Below, one piece after another: positions 46,194 to 55,409 of a DNA stretch of 64,000 nucleotides. The stretch is from Candidatus Bipolaricaulota bacterium (lineage in GTDB: Bacteria > Patescibacteriota > Patescibacteriia > UBA11705 > DATKZF01): the NCBI GenBank assembly GCA_035528115.1, contig DATKZF010000003.1, forward strand, positions 86,699-150,698, in the 5' to 3' direction. The position numbers and the translations under genes were made by a program. The notes below the pieces were generated by a model. It searched no databases and had not been told where the DNA came from. It saw only the letters and a program-made list of their open reading frames with translations. How positions within the stretch are numbered: position 1 is the stretch's first letter; each line of letters begins with the position of its first letter.

Positions 46194-48695
46194 CTAATAC
46201 TCTATTCGAGTTCTTTCAAGTATTTCGTTTTCCACAATGTCTCTGTCTCGGCCATATTTGAGTCTGGACAACTTTCTAATGGTCTCGGCTATCTCCGGAT
46301 GCTTCGGATTTTCCCTGCCCGGCACATTGATATTGAAAGCCGGCGGATTGGCATTATCAATCAACAGTTTGATATAAGCCGTTTTGCTCGGAATATTAAC
46401 CACGTCATACTCGCTGAAAACCGGCGCGAATTGTTTGGCTAATAACTCGGCGTCCTCAATGCCGATCCTAAACGACACGGTGGTGCCCACATTGCCGAAA
46501 ATCGCGTCTTTGATGCTGGTATCGTTGTTTTTTACCAATTGTCCGATGAATTGATGAGCGATGATCAAATTGAGTTTGTATTTTCTGGCTTCCGATAAAA
46601 TTATTGAAATGCTTTCGGTCAAAAAGTTTTGGAATTCATCGATGTATAAATAAAAATCATGTCGCTGATCCTCGGGCGTGTCCACTCGAGACAATGAAGC
46701 CATCAAAAGCTTGCCCACGATAATCATGCCGAGTAAATTGCTATTTAAATCTCCAATTTTGCCTTTGGATAAATTGATCAGCAATATTTTTTTATTGTCC
46801 ATGACTTCCCTGAAATTAAAAGAGCTTTTCTGTTGAGCGATAATCGGGCGCATGATGTCATTGGAAATAAACTGCGTTAATTTGCTGGTGATGTAAGGCA
46901 CCATGTTCTGCAATGACGCTTCGCCGCCCGCTTTTTGAGCTTCTTTTTCCCAAAAATCTTTGACCGTGACATTTTTCGTTTTGGACAATTTATATGCTCT
47001 GAAATTTTCGTCGGACAATACTTTCGGAATTTCCATCAAAGTCGAGCCCGAATCCGTGTCTTCCATCATCAATAAAATGGAATTCCTCATGTACTGCTCG
47101 AAGATCGGGCCGCCGGTTTGGCGCAAATCATACAATTTATCAAAAATATTTATTATCTCGTTGATAACGAAAGTTTTTTGCTCGGAGGTTTCAAACTCGA
47201 GCATGTTCAAGCCCATGGGCCGATCGGTGTCGGATGGGTCGAAAAGCACCACGTCATCCGCGCGCTCTTTGGGAATGTATTTCAATATTTCCTCAATGGA
47301 ATCTCCGTGCGGATCAATAATGCCCACGCCCTCGCCGTTTTGAATATCTTGAATGGCCAAATTTTGTTGAAAATAAGATTTACCAGTGCCGGTCTGACCG
47401 ATAATATACGTGTGCCTTCGGCGGTCTTTTCTCTTTATGCGCACCGTGCGCCTGATGCCGCGATAAAAATTGTCACCGAGAATCGCCCCTTCGTCCGGAA
47501 TATTAAGCGGCGCCGGCGCTTTTCTGGCCTCCAGCCACGCGATGTTCGGCGTTTCGGTCACCGAAGGAATCGGGAAATGATACAGGCTGGCCATCTCCTC
47601 GGTATTTAAGATAATCGCCGCTTTCTCGTCGAAATTTCGATAAATGTAATCGTCTATCAAACGCGACAACTTTCGGCTCGAGACATCAAAACTGTTGCCG
47701 TATTGATAAATGTTAAATTGCGAAAAAGAGCTTAAAATATCATTGAGATACATTTCGCTTTTTTGCGACTGATCCGACGCGGCCAAGATTCTGATATTGA
47801 CCTCCATGGCCGCTTTGCTGACTTTTTCTTCCAAATTTTTCACGATCTCCTGCTCCATTGGCGACAATTGATACGTCGCCGGCGGCGCCTGCCCGGGTTC
47901 CGACGGTTTTTTCTCGGGCATCAGCATTTGCTTGAGCACGCTTTTGCCTTTGAGCGCCTCTTCGAATTTTTTGCCCTGCATCATGCGCGAAGCCACGGCC
48001 GCGCCCGAATCGCGCCAGCCCGGCTTGGCGGACCTGAGAGTGAATTGAATGACAGCCCCGTCTTTTTTATCAACTTTGCTCAAGGCGTTGGCCATGGCGT
48101 TGAGCGGGTCGCTCTCCATTTTTTTGTAAGTTTTTATCGGAAAAAAATTCTGCCTTTTAAATTTCAAAATCTTGCCGAACACCGCGCTTTTAGGAGTGAA
48201 AATATTGTAATCCTGGGCTTCTTCGATATGCGAGTCCGGATACTGCGCCTGTATTTGTTCTTCCAAAAAATTTTTCAAATACTCTGGCACGGCCATGTAA
48301 AATAAAATCTTGCCTTGATCGGCCACCAATTCAAAAGACAAATGATCGGCTCGTCCAAAAAACCAAACGCCCAGTCCTTTTTGGGGCTTCAAACCGCCGA
48401 TGGCCGAAAACACGGTCTCGGCCACCGCGATTTTTTCCTGAATGGAAGCTATACTGTTTTGCGCCCCTCCCCTGCTGTCTTGCGATTCAAATTTAGGCAA
48501 AGAAATCAAAAGCACCTTTTTTTCAAAAGCTCCTTTCATTTTGCCGTGACGTCTGAAATAAATTCGGACAATATAAATCAAACCGATCGTTATGATGATC
48601 AGCATCGATAAAATCAAGGCCAATATAGCGATCGGACTTGAAAAAACTCCCCCAAAATCCACGGAGGCGAATTCAAATGGCAATTCAATCGACAT
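46194..48695 (-). CDS. VirD4/TraD-like (HerA/FtsK-fold) membrane-anchored ATPase
   Basis: N-terminal TM; RRHTYIIGQTGTGKS, IIDPHGD, LYIDEFQNF, LSEARKY, AHQFIGQL. Confidence 0.85.
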   Translation of the reverse strand: MSIELPFEFASVDFGGVFSSPIAILALILSMLIIITIGLIYIVRIYFRRHGKMKGAFEKKVLLISLPKFESQDSRGGAQNSIASIQEKIAVAETVFSAIGGLKPQKGLGVWFFGRADHLSFELVADQGKILFYMAVPEYLKNFLEEQIQAQYPDSHIEEAQDYNIFTPKSAVFGKILKFKRQNFFPIKTYKKMESDPLNAMANALSKVDKKDGAVIQFTLRSAKPGWRDSGAAVASRMMQGKKFEEALKGKSVLKQMLMPEKKPSEPGQAPPATYQLSPMEQEIVKNLEEKVSKAAMEVNIRILAASDQSQKSEMYLNDILSSFSQFNIYQYGNSFDVSSRKLSRLIDDYIYRNFDEKAAIILNTEEMASLYHFPIPSVTETPNIAWLEARKAPAPLNIPDEGAILGDNFYRGIRRTVRIKRKDRRRHTYIIGQTGTGKSYFQQNLAIQDIQNGEGVGIIDPHGDSIEEILKYIPKERADDVVLFDPSDTDRPMGLNMLEFETSEQKTFVINEIINIFDKLYDLRQTGGPIFEQYMRNSILLMMEDTDSGSTLMEIPKVLSDENFRAYKLSKTKNVTVKDFWEKEAQKAGGEASLQNMVPYITSKLTQFISNDIMRPIIAQQKSSFNFREVMDNKKILLINLSKGKIGDLNSNLLGMIIVGKLLMASLSRVDTPEDQRHDFYLYIDEFQNFLTESISIILSEARKYKLNLIIAHQFIGQLVKNNDTSIKDAIFGNVGTTVSFRIGIEDAELLAKQFAPVFSEYDVVNIPSKTAYIKLLIDNANPPAFNINVPGRENPKHPEIAETIRKLSRLKYGRDRDIVENEILERTRIEY

Positions 48696-48700
48696 TTTTT

Positions 48701-48976
48701 TTATTTACTTTTCCGCTTGTCCGCCAAATATTTCACCAAATTTTTGACGCCGTCCGAAACGACGCCGGCAATCTGCAAGCCGGACTCGATTTTTTCCTTC
48801 ACTCGCTCGAGCGCGTCGAAAAAATCTTCCAGCTTATCGCGGACTTCGGAGACGACTTCGTTCGATTGTTTCAAAAGCCTGGTTAAATAAAAAAGCGCCC
48901 AGCATAAAAAGGCGGTTAACCAAATCAGACAAAACGAAAGAACGATGTACAAAACATCTTTACTGGTTTCAAGCAT
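48701..48976 (-). CDS. Small membrane/coiled-coil protein (DUF948-like)
   Basis: One TM followed by an amphipathic helix. Confidence 0.6.
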   Translation of the reverse strand: MLETSKDVLYIVLSFCLIWLTAFLCWALFYLTRLLKQSNEVVSEVRDKLEDFFDALERVKEKIESGLQIAGVVSDGVKNLVKYLADKRKSK

Positions 48977-49002
48977 ATTGTTTTTATTTTAAATTTTTAT
49001 TT

Positions 49003-51438
49003 TTATGTTCTCAACTTGGCGCCGATGCCTTTTTCAAGTTGGACAATGACTTTTCGCTGGAGTTTATCGATTTCTTCTTTCTCCAAAGTTCGATCATCCG
49101 CTTGATAGACGATTCTCACGGTCACGCTCTTTTGTCCCGTTTTTATTTTACCATTTTTAAATACATCAAGCAATTCAACGTCCTTGATAATTTGCGGAGC
49201 GATTGATTTTATTATTTGATCAATGTCTTTATACATGGTTTTCTCGGCGACGACAATCGACAAATCATGAACCGATGAAGGAAATTTGAGAATCGGATGA
49301 TATTCGTATTTCGGTTCGAAAATTTCCACTATTTTATCGAAATCAAGCTGCCAAACGGCCGCTCGATCATCAAGTTCCAATTTGCTCGCGACCAGCGGAT
49401 TGAGTTCCGCCACCCAGCCGATTTCCTGACCGGCAAGGCTCACGATCACGCTGCGGAAAGGATGATAAAACGCTTTGCTTTCCGCGGGCAATGAAAAACT
49501 CGCTTCCAGCGACAGCGAGGCCAACAATTTTTCAATCACGTCTTTGGCCTTGAAAAAAGGCGCATCGTCCGATTTGTCAAAATACGCGCCGGCCAAATAA
49601 TTAGGCTGAGCCGGCAATTTGGCTTTGTTGTCCGGCGAGACTTCAAACGGTCCGTCTTTGGCCAAAAAAACTCGACCCAGTTCGAAAATGCCGAAACAGT
49701 CAAAAAACCTGGAATTGTTTTTGACATTCAACAACAGCTGCGGCCATAAATTTTGCCTGAGCAGATTCTCGTTTTCATCCCAAGGATTTTCCAATTGAAA
49801 ATATCCTGAATAATCCAAACCGACGATATCCAACAAATCTTTTTTCGTGAAAGAATAATTCCTGACTTCGGTCAACCCGGAAGACAAAGTTAAAAATTCT
49901 TTCACTCGCCTCTCCAATTTCCTTTCTTTGTTCTCCGGCTGATATTCGTTTTTTACCTCCGGCATGATCGGCGTAAAAGAATCATAGCCGTATATTCTGG
50001 AAATTTCTTCGATCAAATCTTCGGGGATGGAAACATCGCCCGTGGCTCGAAACGACGGCACTTTCACTTCAAAAGAATTCTTCTTCTCCTTGACTTCAAA
50101 ACCCAAACTCTCGAGAATGCCGACCGTTTTTTTATCTTCGATTTCAATGCCCATTTTCTTTGAAATGAAATCCTTGGACAATTCAATCGGCCCCAAATTC
50201 AATTTGTATTTTTCAAAACTTTCAACGCCGCTTTCCACTTTCGCGTCCGGCTGATTTTCGAGAATCAAGCCGACCACCCGCTCTAGCGCGACTTTCGCGG
50301 CGACGGGATCCAAACCTTTTTCAAACCTGATCGAGGCTTCCGTGCGCAAGCCGAGCTTCAGCGACGTTTTTCTGATATTGGAAGGATCGAAATTAGCGGC
50401 TTCAATAACAATGGCAACCGTTTTATCCGAGATCTCCGAATTTTTTCCGCCCATAATGCCGGCCAAAGCGATCGGATTCTTTTTGTCCGCGATCACCAAC
50501 ATGTTTTCGCCGAGCTGGCGGCTCTCATTGTCAAGGCTGATCAATTTTTCTCCGGGAGTGGCCTGTCTGACGATTATTTGTTGACCGCTTATCTTGGACG
50601 CGTCAAAAGCGTGAATGGGCTGACCCAAATCAAACATGACGTAATTGGTGATATCAACGATATTATTGATTGATTTTTGCCCCACTGACGCCAGAGCGCG
50701 CGCCAGCCACTTTGGCGACTCGGCCACTTTGATATTTCCCATGGCCGCGGCATAATAAGCGGGGCATAATTCCGGAGCCTGCGTTTTCACTTTAAGCTGA
50801 AAATCTTTGCCTTCTTTTATCTTTTCCGATTTTATCTCTTTGAGCTCTTTGCCGAAAATGGCGGCCAATTCTCTGGCAATGCCGTAATGCCCCCACAAAT
50901 CGGGTCTGTTGGTCAAAGACTTGTTGTCAATGTCCAAAATATAATCGTTTAATTCGAGCGCTTCGCTCAAGGCTTGTCCGGCCTTCGCGGTCTGGCTTTC
51001 CAATTCCAAAATTTCTCCTTGCTTATGCGGATACAAGTCCCCCAAACCGATTTCATCGCCGGCGCAAATCATGCCTTTGCTTTCTTCGCCTCTGATTGTC
51101 GTTTCTTCCAATTTTACGGGCTCGCCCACGCCGTGCCACTTGATCATGGCTCCGGGTCTGGCCAGCGCCACCAACATGTCCGGTTTCAAATTGGAGCCGC
51201 CGCAGACCACGCGAATCCTTTCCGAGCCCAAATCAACATCAACCAATTTCAATTTATCCGCATTCGGATGCGGCAAGACATTTATAATTTTGGCAACGAA
51301 AATATTCTCCAAATTTTCAGCCAACGGATAAACGGCATCCACCTCCACCGTGGACATGGTTAATTTATTGGCAATTTCTTTGGGATCAATGCCCTTTAAA
51401 TCAACGTATTTATTGAGCCAGTTGATTGATACATTCAT
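49003..51438 (-). CDS. pheT: Phenylalanine--tRNA ligase beta subunit
   Basis: HPNADKL, LTNRPDL, DITNYVM, RFEKG, DLIEEISRIYGY, YQADDRTL. Start at MNVSINWL. Confidence 0.97.
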   Translation of the reverse strand: MNVSINWLNKYVDLKGIDPKEIANKLTMSTVEVDAVYPLAENLENIFVAKIINVLPHPNADKLKLVDVDLGSERIRVVCGGSNLKPDMLVALARPGAMIKWHGVGEPVKLEETTIRGEESKGMICAGDEIGLGDLYPHKQGEILELESQTAKAGQALSEALELNDYILDIDNKSLTNRPDLWGHYGIARELAAIFGKELKEIKSEKIKEGKDFQLKVKTQAPELCPAYYAAAMGNIKVAESPKWLARALASVGQKSINNIVDITNYVMFDLGQPIHAFDASKISGQQIIVRQATPGEKLISLDNESRQLGENMLVIADKKNPIALAGIMGGKNSEISDKTVAIVIEAANFDPSNIRKTSLKLGLRTEASIRFEKGLDPVAAKVALERVVGLILENQPDAKVESGVESFEKYKLNLGPIELSKDFISKKMGIEIEDKKTVGILESLGFEVKEKKNSFEVKVPSFRATGDVSIPEDLIEEISRIYGYDSFTPIMPEVKNEYQPENKERKLERRVKEFLTLSSGLTEVRNYSFTKKDLLDIVGLDYSGYFQLENPWDENENLLRQNLWPQLLLNVKNNSRFFDCFGIFELGRVFLAKDGPFEVSPDNKAKLPAQPNYLAGAYFDKSDDAPFFKAKDVIEKLLASLSLEASFSLPAESKAFYHPFRSVIVSLAGQEIGWVAELNPLVASKLELDDRAAVWQLDFDKIVEIFEPKYEYHPILKFPSSVHDLSIVVAEKTMYKDIDQIIKSIAPQIIKDVELLDVFKNGKIKTGQKSVTVRIVYQADDRTLEKEEIDKLQRKVIVQLEKGIGAKLRT

Positions 51439-51446
51439 ATTTTTAT

Positions 51447-51583
51447 CGTTACAAATTACATTCACTAAAAAAACTCTTTTTTAGATTTGTTACTAATTAC
51501 ATTCACTTATAGCTTTATGCTATGGAAGATTGTAATTTGTAACAACCGACTGAAAGCTTAATAGAATATTGTAATTCGTAACA
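51447..51583. repeat. Converging-unit element, copy E (2+2 units), between pheS and pheT
   Basis: CGTTACAAATTACAT, TGTTACTAATTACAT, TTGTAATTTGTAACA, TTGTAATTCGTAACA with homologous linkers. Confidence 0.8.
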
Positions 51584-51587
51584 ATAT

Positions 51588-52631
51588 TTAAAACTGTTTT
51601 AAAAACCGCAAGTCCGCGCCATTGAAATGCCTGATGTCTTCAATGCCGTATCTCATCATCACCAAACGCGAAAATCCGACGCCAAAAGCAAAACCCGACC
51701 ATTCTTTCGGATCCAGACCGCCGGCCTTGAGCACATTGGGATGCACCAAGCCGCAAGGCAAGACTTCCACCCAGCCGCTTCTTTTGCAAACGCTGCAGCC
51801 TGCCCCGCCGCAAACCAAGCATTTCATGTCCAGTTCAAACGCCGGCTCGACAAACGGGAAAAACCCGGGACGCAGCCGCACTGTGACGTCTTTTTTAAAA
51901 ATGGCTCTAAGTAAAATTTTCATGGTGGCGATCAAATTGGCGATGGAAATATCTTTATCCACGACCAAGCCTTCAAACTGGTCGAAAGTATTGTCATGGG
52001 AAGCGTCCGTGGCTTCATAGCGAAAAACTTTTCCGGGAATGACCGCTCGAAGCGGCGCGCCGAATTCTCTCATCGCCCTCACCTGAACCGATGAAGTTTG
52101 CGTCCTCAGCACCATTTTTTCTTTATCGCTTTTCACGTAAAAAGTGTCTTGCATTTCCCGAGACGGATGATCCGGAGGAATATTGACCGCTTGAAAATTA
52201 TAAAAATCGGATTCCAATTCGGGTCCGTCCAAAATTCTAAAATTTAAATTTTTGAAAACATCTTCGAGTTCGTATTGAACTTGAAAAATGGGATGCAAAT
52301 GTCCAGCCGGACGGTGGGCGGCCGCGGCCTGAAGAGGCAAGGAAGTGTCGATCCACTCATTTTCGAGCTGAGCTTCTATTTTAGATCTTTCCAACTCAAT
52401 ACGTTTCTTTTCCAAAATGGTCAAAATATCGGTTTTTATTTCATTGGCCAATTGTCCGACTTTAATTCTCTCGGCGTCCGACAAATTTTTTAAATTTTTC
52501 AACACCTGATTTACAATTCCGTCTTTTCTACCGAAATATTTTTTTTCAAGCGCTAGCAACGAGTCGATATCCGAGATTTTATCCAATTCCGTTTTTATTT
52601 GTTTTTTTAAGCCTTTTAATTTCTCCATCAT
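51588..52631 (-). CDS. pheS: Phenylalanine--tRNA ligase alpha subunit
   Basis: HPSREMQDTFY, LRTQTS, FFPFVEP, GFAFGVG. Confidence 0.97.
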   Translation of the reverse strand: MMEKLKGLKKQIKTELDKISDIDSLLALEKKYFGRKDGIVNQVLKNLKNLSDAERIKVGQLANEIKTDILTILEKKRIELERSKIEAQLENEWIDTSLPLQAAAAHRPAGHLHPIFQVQYELEDVFKNLNFRILDGPELESDFYNFQAVNIPPDHPSREMQDTFYVKSDKEKMVLRTQTSSVQVRAMREFGAPLRAVIPGKVFRYEATDASHDNTFDQFEGLVVDKDISIANLIATMKILLRAIFKKDVTVRLRPGFFPFVEPAFELDMKCLVCGGAGCSVCKRSGWVEVLPCGLVHPNVLKAGGLDPKEWSGFAFGVGFSRLVMMRYGIEDIRHFNGADLRFLKQF

Positions 52632-52654
52632 ATGGAAATGTGAAGTCGAATATA

Positions 52655-53500
52655 TTATTTTTTAATAATTTGTTTTGTTTTTTCTGGAATTGACTGGCTG
52701 ATTTCGGAAATCGGGGCTTCGACGTAGACATTGGCGCCGTCTCCGTCGAGGCGCACGTCAACCGATCTTCTCAAAACATGATAACCGACCACCTCTCCCG
52801 TGCCCTGCTTGACCTTCACTTTGGCTCCCAAAGCCGGGAAATCTCGAGCCATTTCTTCGTAAGTGTCTTTTTCGTAAGCCAAGCAACACTTTAACCGACC
52901 GCACAAACCTGACAGGCGCTCGGAACCGCGATGGGAAACCTGCTGCAAATCCGCGTATTCCGAACTGACATTGCCCAATTCTTTCAAAAATGTCTTGCAG
53001 CACACCGGTTGTCCGCAACAGCCGACATCGGCCGCGATTTGAGCTTCATCGCGAATGCCAAGCTGCTGAAGACGAATATTCATTTTATAAAGACGATTTA
53101 AATCCTTGAGCAACGCTCTAAAATCAACGCGGCTGTCCGCGATAAAAGCGAAAGTGATTCTGCCGCCGTCAAGATTCAAATGAACGTCAACCAATTTAAT
53201 GGGCAACCCGTGCTTTTTGATCAACTCCTTGCAAACTTTGATAGCTTCCTTCACTTTTTCTTTATTTTCGATCAATTTGTCCAAGTCGCGTTTATCAGCC
53301 TTGCGCAATACGGATTTGATTTCTCCGAGCGCGTCTTGCTCTTCCCGGCCAAGCTCTTTGAATTCGACAACCTTGCCCATATCAAGACCATGCTGAGTTT
53401 CGACCACCACATAATCATCGATTTTGAGTTCGATGTTATTGGGATCGAAAAAATATGTTTTATCCCAGGAATTAAATTGTATGCTGACTACTTTCTTCAT
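52655..53500 (-). CDS. ricT: PSP1-domain / RicT (YaaT) family protein
   Basis: ADSRVDFR, GIRDEA, GCCGQPVCC, SGLCGRLKCCLAYE. Start at MKKVVS. Confidence 0.88.
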   Translation of the reverse strand: MKKVVSIQFNSWDKTYFFDPNNIELKIDDYVVVETQHGLDMGKVVEFKELGREEQDALGEIKSVLRKADKRDLDKLIENKEKVKEAIKVCKELIKKHGLPIKLVDVHLNLDGGRITFAFIADSRVDFRALLKDLNRLYKMNIRLQQLGIRDEAQIAADVGCCGQPVCCKTFLKELGNVSSEYADLQQVSHRGSERLSGLCGRLKCCLAYEKDTYEEMARDFPALGAKVKVKQGTGEVVGYHVLRRSVDVRLDGDGANVYVEAPISEISQSIPEKTKQIIKK

Positions 53501-53508
53501 ATCTTGAG

Positions 53509-53612
53509 TTACAAGATGTACAAGATCCGCATACGAGATAGTACAAGATAAAAAATTGTCAAAATCTCGTAATCTGGTAATATCTTGTACTTTAATCTTG
53601 TAAATCTCGTAA
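53509..53612. repeat. Degenerate converging (TACAAGAT)n / (ATCTTGTA)n palindromic repeat
   Basis: Four forward and five reverse ~9-bp units fill the tsf-ricT gap. Confidence 0.7.
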
Positions 53613-53613
53613 T

Positions 53614-54198
53614 TTAAACCTCGAATCTGACAAAATGAGCGATGGCGATTTTTTCTCCGATTTTGGCGATTTTCTCCGTGATCAATTGCTCGATGGTGAC
53701 ATCTTCGTCTTTGATGAAAGGTTGATTCAAGAGACAAACCTCTTCATAGTATTTGGCCAATTTGCCTTCGACGATTTTTTCAACAATATTGTCCGGCTTG
53801 GATTCGTTCAAAAGCTGATCTCGATAAATTTCTTTTTCTTTGTTCAAGACTTCCTCGGGCACCTCGACCGAACTTAAATACAGCGGATTGGTCGCCGCCA
53901 CCTGCATAGCCAGGTCTTTGGCCAATTCCTGAAATTCTTCGTTTCGAGCCACGAAATCGGTCTCGCAATCAAGCTCGATCATAGCCCCTATTCTTTTATT
54001 GGGATGAATATAAGCGAACACCAGACCTTCCTTGGTTTCTCTTTCCGCCGATTTTTTGGCGGCTTTGATTTCGCCTTTTTTTCTTAAAATATCGATTGCC
54101 AAATTTTCATCGCCATTGGCTTCTTCCAGCGCCAGCTTGCAGTCATTGATGCCGCAACCGGTTCGCTGTCTTAATTTCGCCACTTGTTGTAAATCCAT
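53614..54198 (-). CDS. tsf: Elongation factor Ts (short form)
   Basis: VAKLRQRTGCGINDCKLAL, ELDCETDFVA, LLNQPFIKD. Confidence 0.96.
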   Translation of the reverse strand: MDLQQVAKLRQRTGCGINDCKLALEEANGDENLAIDILRKKGEIKAAKKSAERETKEGLVFAYIHPNKRIGAMIELDCETDFVARNEEFQELAKDLAMQVAATNPLYLSSVEVPEEVLNKEKEIYRDQLLNESKPDNIVEKIVEGKLAKYYEEVCLLNQPFIKDEDVTIEQLITEKIAKIGEKIAIAHFVRFEV

Positions 54199-54210
54199 AT
54201 TTGTTTATTA

Positions 54211-54353
54211 AATACTAAACTCTAATATCTAAATTCGAAACCCCGAGGGGGTCCCTTTCAGGGACAAATTACAATGATCCAATTCCCAAATTCCAAATGT
54301 TTGGAAAATTTGAATTTAAATATTGTTTAGTATTTCGAATTTAGGATTTCGAA
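54211..54353. repeat. AT-rich heptamer-based palindromic repeat with a 24-bp GC insert (54241-54264)
   Basis: ctaaattcgaaa..ccaaat is mirrored by ttggaa..tttcgaatttag. Insert is CCCCGAGGGGGTCCCTTTCAGGGA. Confidence 0.65.
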
Positions 54354-55069
54354 CTTTCAATTTTTATGTTATCTCCTCTTTTCTCCGCTTCCTTTTTGCC
54401 TTCTTTGACCGCCTCGGCGACCAAGCCGGTAATCATTTCAATGGAGCGAGTGGCGTCGTCATTGGCCGGAATAGGGTAAGCAGCCTTTGTCTGATTGACA
54501 TTGGTGTCGCAAATGGCCACGACCGGCACGCCAACGCGGTTGGATTCTATCACCGCGGTTTTTTCTTCTTTCATGTCAACGATGTAAATGACGCTCGGTA
54601 ATTTTTCGAGAGTAGCCAAACCGCCGATGATTTTGTCCAATTTCTTCAAAGCTCTCTCATTCACCAATTTTTCTTTTTTGGTGAATTTGTCCCACTCTCC
54701 TTTTTCGGATTCCATTTTCATGCGCTGATATTTTTTGATCAATTTCAATATGGTCGATAAATTCGTGAATGTGCCGCCCAGCCATCTTTCAACGATGAAA
54801 GGCATGCCGCAAGAAATCGCGGCTTCGCGGACGGAATCTTTCGCTTGAGTTTTCGTTCCCAAAAAAAGAACTGTGCCGCCCTTGGCTACAGTTTCCTTGA
54901 TGAAATTCAAAGCTTCTTCAAGCTTCTTTTGAGTTGTTTCCAAATTGATGATGTGCACGCCATTTCGAACGCCATAAATATACGGCTTCATTTTCGGGTG
55001 CCATTTTCCTTTTTGGTGTCCGAAGTGAACACCGGCCTTAAGCATGTCCAAAAGACTTGGGATTTCCAT
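54341..55069 (-). CDS. rpsB: 30S ribosomal protein S2
   Basis: MLKAGVHFGHQ..WHPKM, RWLGGTFTN, DTN, PANDD. Confidence 0.98.
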   Translation of the reverse strand: MEIPSLLDMLKAGVHFGHQKGKWHPKMKPYIYGVRNGVHIINLETTQKKLEEALNFIKETVAKGGTVLFLGTKTQAKDSVREAAISCGMPFIVERWLGGTFTNLSTILKLIKKYQRMKMESEKGEWDKFTKKEKLVNERALKKLDKIIGGLATLEKLPSVIYIVDMKEEKTAVIESNRVGVPVVAICDTNVNQTKAAYPIPANDDATRSIEMITGLVAEAVKEGKKEAEKRGDNIKIESSKS

Positions 55070-55083
55070 ATTTTTCCTTTTTA

Positions 55084-55206
55084 CCTCTACTTTCCCAAAT
55101 CAACGGCCCGCATGGTGGGAGGAATGTTGATTTTTTGGCCCTGCCAGTCGTAGCTCCGACGACAGTCGGAGCAAAGAATGGCTTAAATTAGCCGGAAAAG
55201 TATGTG
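55084..55206 (-). promoter_or_regulatory. Putative S2 autoregulatory leader containing a REP-like insert (55140-55181)
   Basis: CACAUACUUUUCC...GGGAAAGUAGAGG closing stem, like the CACAC..GGAGG frame of rpsB leaders. Confidence 0.55.
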
Positions 55207-55222
55207 GGATTTAATTATTTAG

Positions 55223-55307
55223 TCATGGAACATAGAGCATGCCTGCCCGCCATAGCCCCGAGCTTGTCGAGGGGCGAAGGCGGGGATCAATAATCATGTT
55301 TCATGTA
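55223..55307. repeat. Heptamer repeat interrupted by a nested REP-in-REP (55242-55284)
   Basis: catggaa catagag catg[CCTGCCCGCCATAGC(CCCGAGCTTGTCGAGGG)GCGAAGGCGGG]gat caataat catgttt catg. Confidence 0.7.
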
Positions 55308-55409
55308 GCAAAAATATATCATATTGTTATAATTTAGTCAAAATTCTGTATCATGAAGCCGAGCTGGTAGCTGGTTAGGCAGCCACCTACAACCTAAAAA
55401 GCTAATAAG

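Noticed and set aside
52304-52335. Palindromic insertion in pheS (LQAAAAHRPA)
   Set aside because: Only a short GGCCGCGGCC palindrome in a naturally variable linker, with no match to the other repeat families.
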